A stretch of DNA of 63,456 nucleotides, counting the filler, from Reticulomyxa filosa (Eukaryota; Protista; Foraminifera), in the NCBI GenBank assembly GCA_000512085.1. It is 23 parts of 23 records of this genome, joined end to end, with 100 filler letters (N's around TTAATTAATTAA, not from the genome) between each part and the next. Parts side by side here need not be neighbours in the genome. Positions count along the whole stretch, not along the records: positions 62,440 to 63,456 come from ASPP01025488.1; 22 more parts are not named here. The stretch is one strand, 5' to 3'. The notes under the pieces are model-generated. The model made no database searches. It saw nothing but the letters and a program-made list of their open reading frames with translations, and was not told the DNA's origin. Shown here piece after piece: positions 62,808-63,456 of the stretch. Each line of letters starts with the position of its first letter. Position 1 is the first letter of the stretch. A program made the translations under genes and the position numbers.

Positions 62808-63289
62808 CTAACTTGAGCTGAGATTACCACTTGCGTGCACATAAGGTGTATATGTAGACAAATCTGTACCGATGTGATGATACAACAAATTTCTCACTTT
62901 GTTAAATGTGAATATATTTGTAATCATCTCAAACACTGGTGCTCTCAAATATGCATTGCCTAATGAAGGTGTTTGTATTTTATTTAATTTTCCAATGGAT
63001 AATCCAAACGTTTGATCTGCCATTCATGTATAAAATGCAGCAAGTGCTTGTATAATGCTTTGATATTTGATTCATCACCATTTGTGCTGTATATGTGGCA
63101 ACAGCGACTACAATTTTCATTTGGGCTGTATATGCGCCCACAGATATTCCAATTTTCATTTGGCACTGATTGCCACCAATTATTTATGTTGGTTATAACT
63201 ATATAACCAACATAAATGGCCACCGACATCATCACTAAATAAAAAACGACTGCAAAAATAATTTGCAACTGCACCATCCATGGCGCCAT
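62808..63289 (-). pseudogene. Hypothetical membrane protein, frameshifted
   Basis: One TM segment (IIFAVVFYLVMMSVAIYVGYIVI), then a Cys-containing region; overlapping ORFs in shifted frames. Confidence 0.35.
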
Positions 63290-63456
63290 TTCTATAAATA
63301 AAAAAAAAACACATACACACAAACACAAACAAAAAATTCAATTACAATTTATCTATCTACTTTTTTTTTTACATACTTTGCGGTTGTTGCTGCTGCTCTT
63401 GTAATTTTAGCCGTTGTTGTTGTTGTTGTTGCATTGGCAGCAATTCCTGTTGTGAC

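Noticed and set aside
62808-63328. P2X receptor-like call
   Set aside because: Only a TM segment plus cysteines; diagnostic motifs not seen.
1-63456. rRNA or tRNA genes
   Set aside because: None recognised by eye; a tRNAscan-SE or Infernal run would be needed to exclude small ncRNAs.

Overview
AT-rich eukaryotic genomic DNA using the standard code and GT-AG introns. It is not one locus: 23 contig pieces are joined by 22 artificial 100-bp linkers (N44-TTAATTAATTAA-N44), so adjacency across linkers means nothing. The WD40, Kelch and TRAF family signatures point to a Reticulomyxa filosa-like foraminiferan (inference). Recognisable, mostly partial genes: two WD40 copies, CAP-Gly protein, dual-specificity phosphatase, DDX56, DNA2, EamA transporter, 7TM protein, ISCA/HesB, FAIM-domain protein, YjbQ, TBC Rab-GAP, TRAF zinc finger, NOLC1/SRP40, ABCA, Kelch relic, eRF1, XRN, V-ATPase B. 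Standouts: (1) a TPR-like protein with a circularly permuted SET methyltransferase domain (27871-29264); (2) a roughly 3000-aa fusion of 2x PB1-like, P-loop GTPase, helical stalk, SecA-type ATPase and vWA domains (16289-25492, minus); (3) a family of 222-230 bp TG...CA elements with 4-bp target-site duplications (solo-LTR-like); (4) a decayed virus-like contig with BRO-N and kinase relics; (5) introns with U-rich 5' arms and complementary A-rich 3' arms in place of a polypyrimidine tract. All family assignments are by-eye motif matches, not database results.
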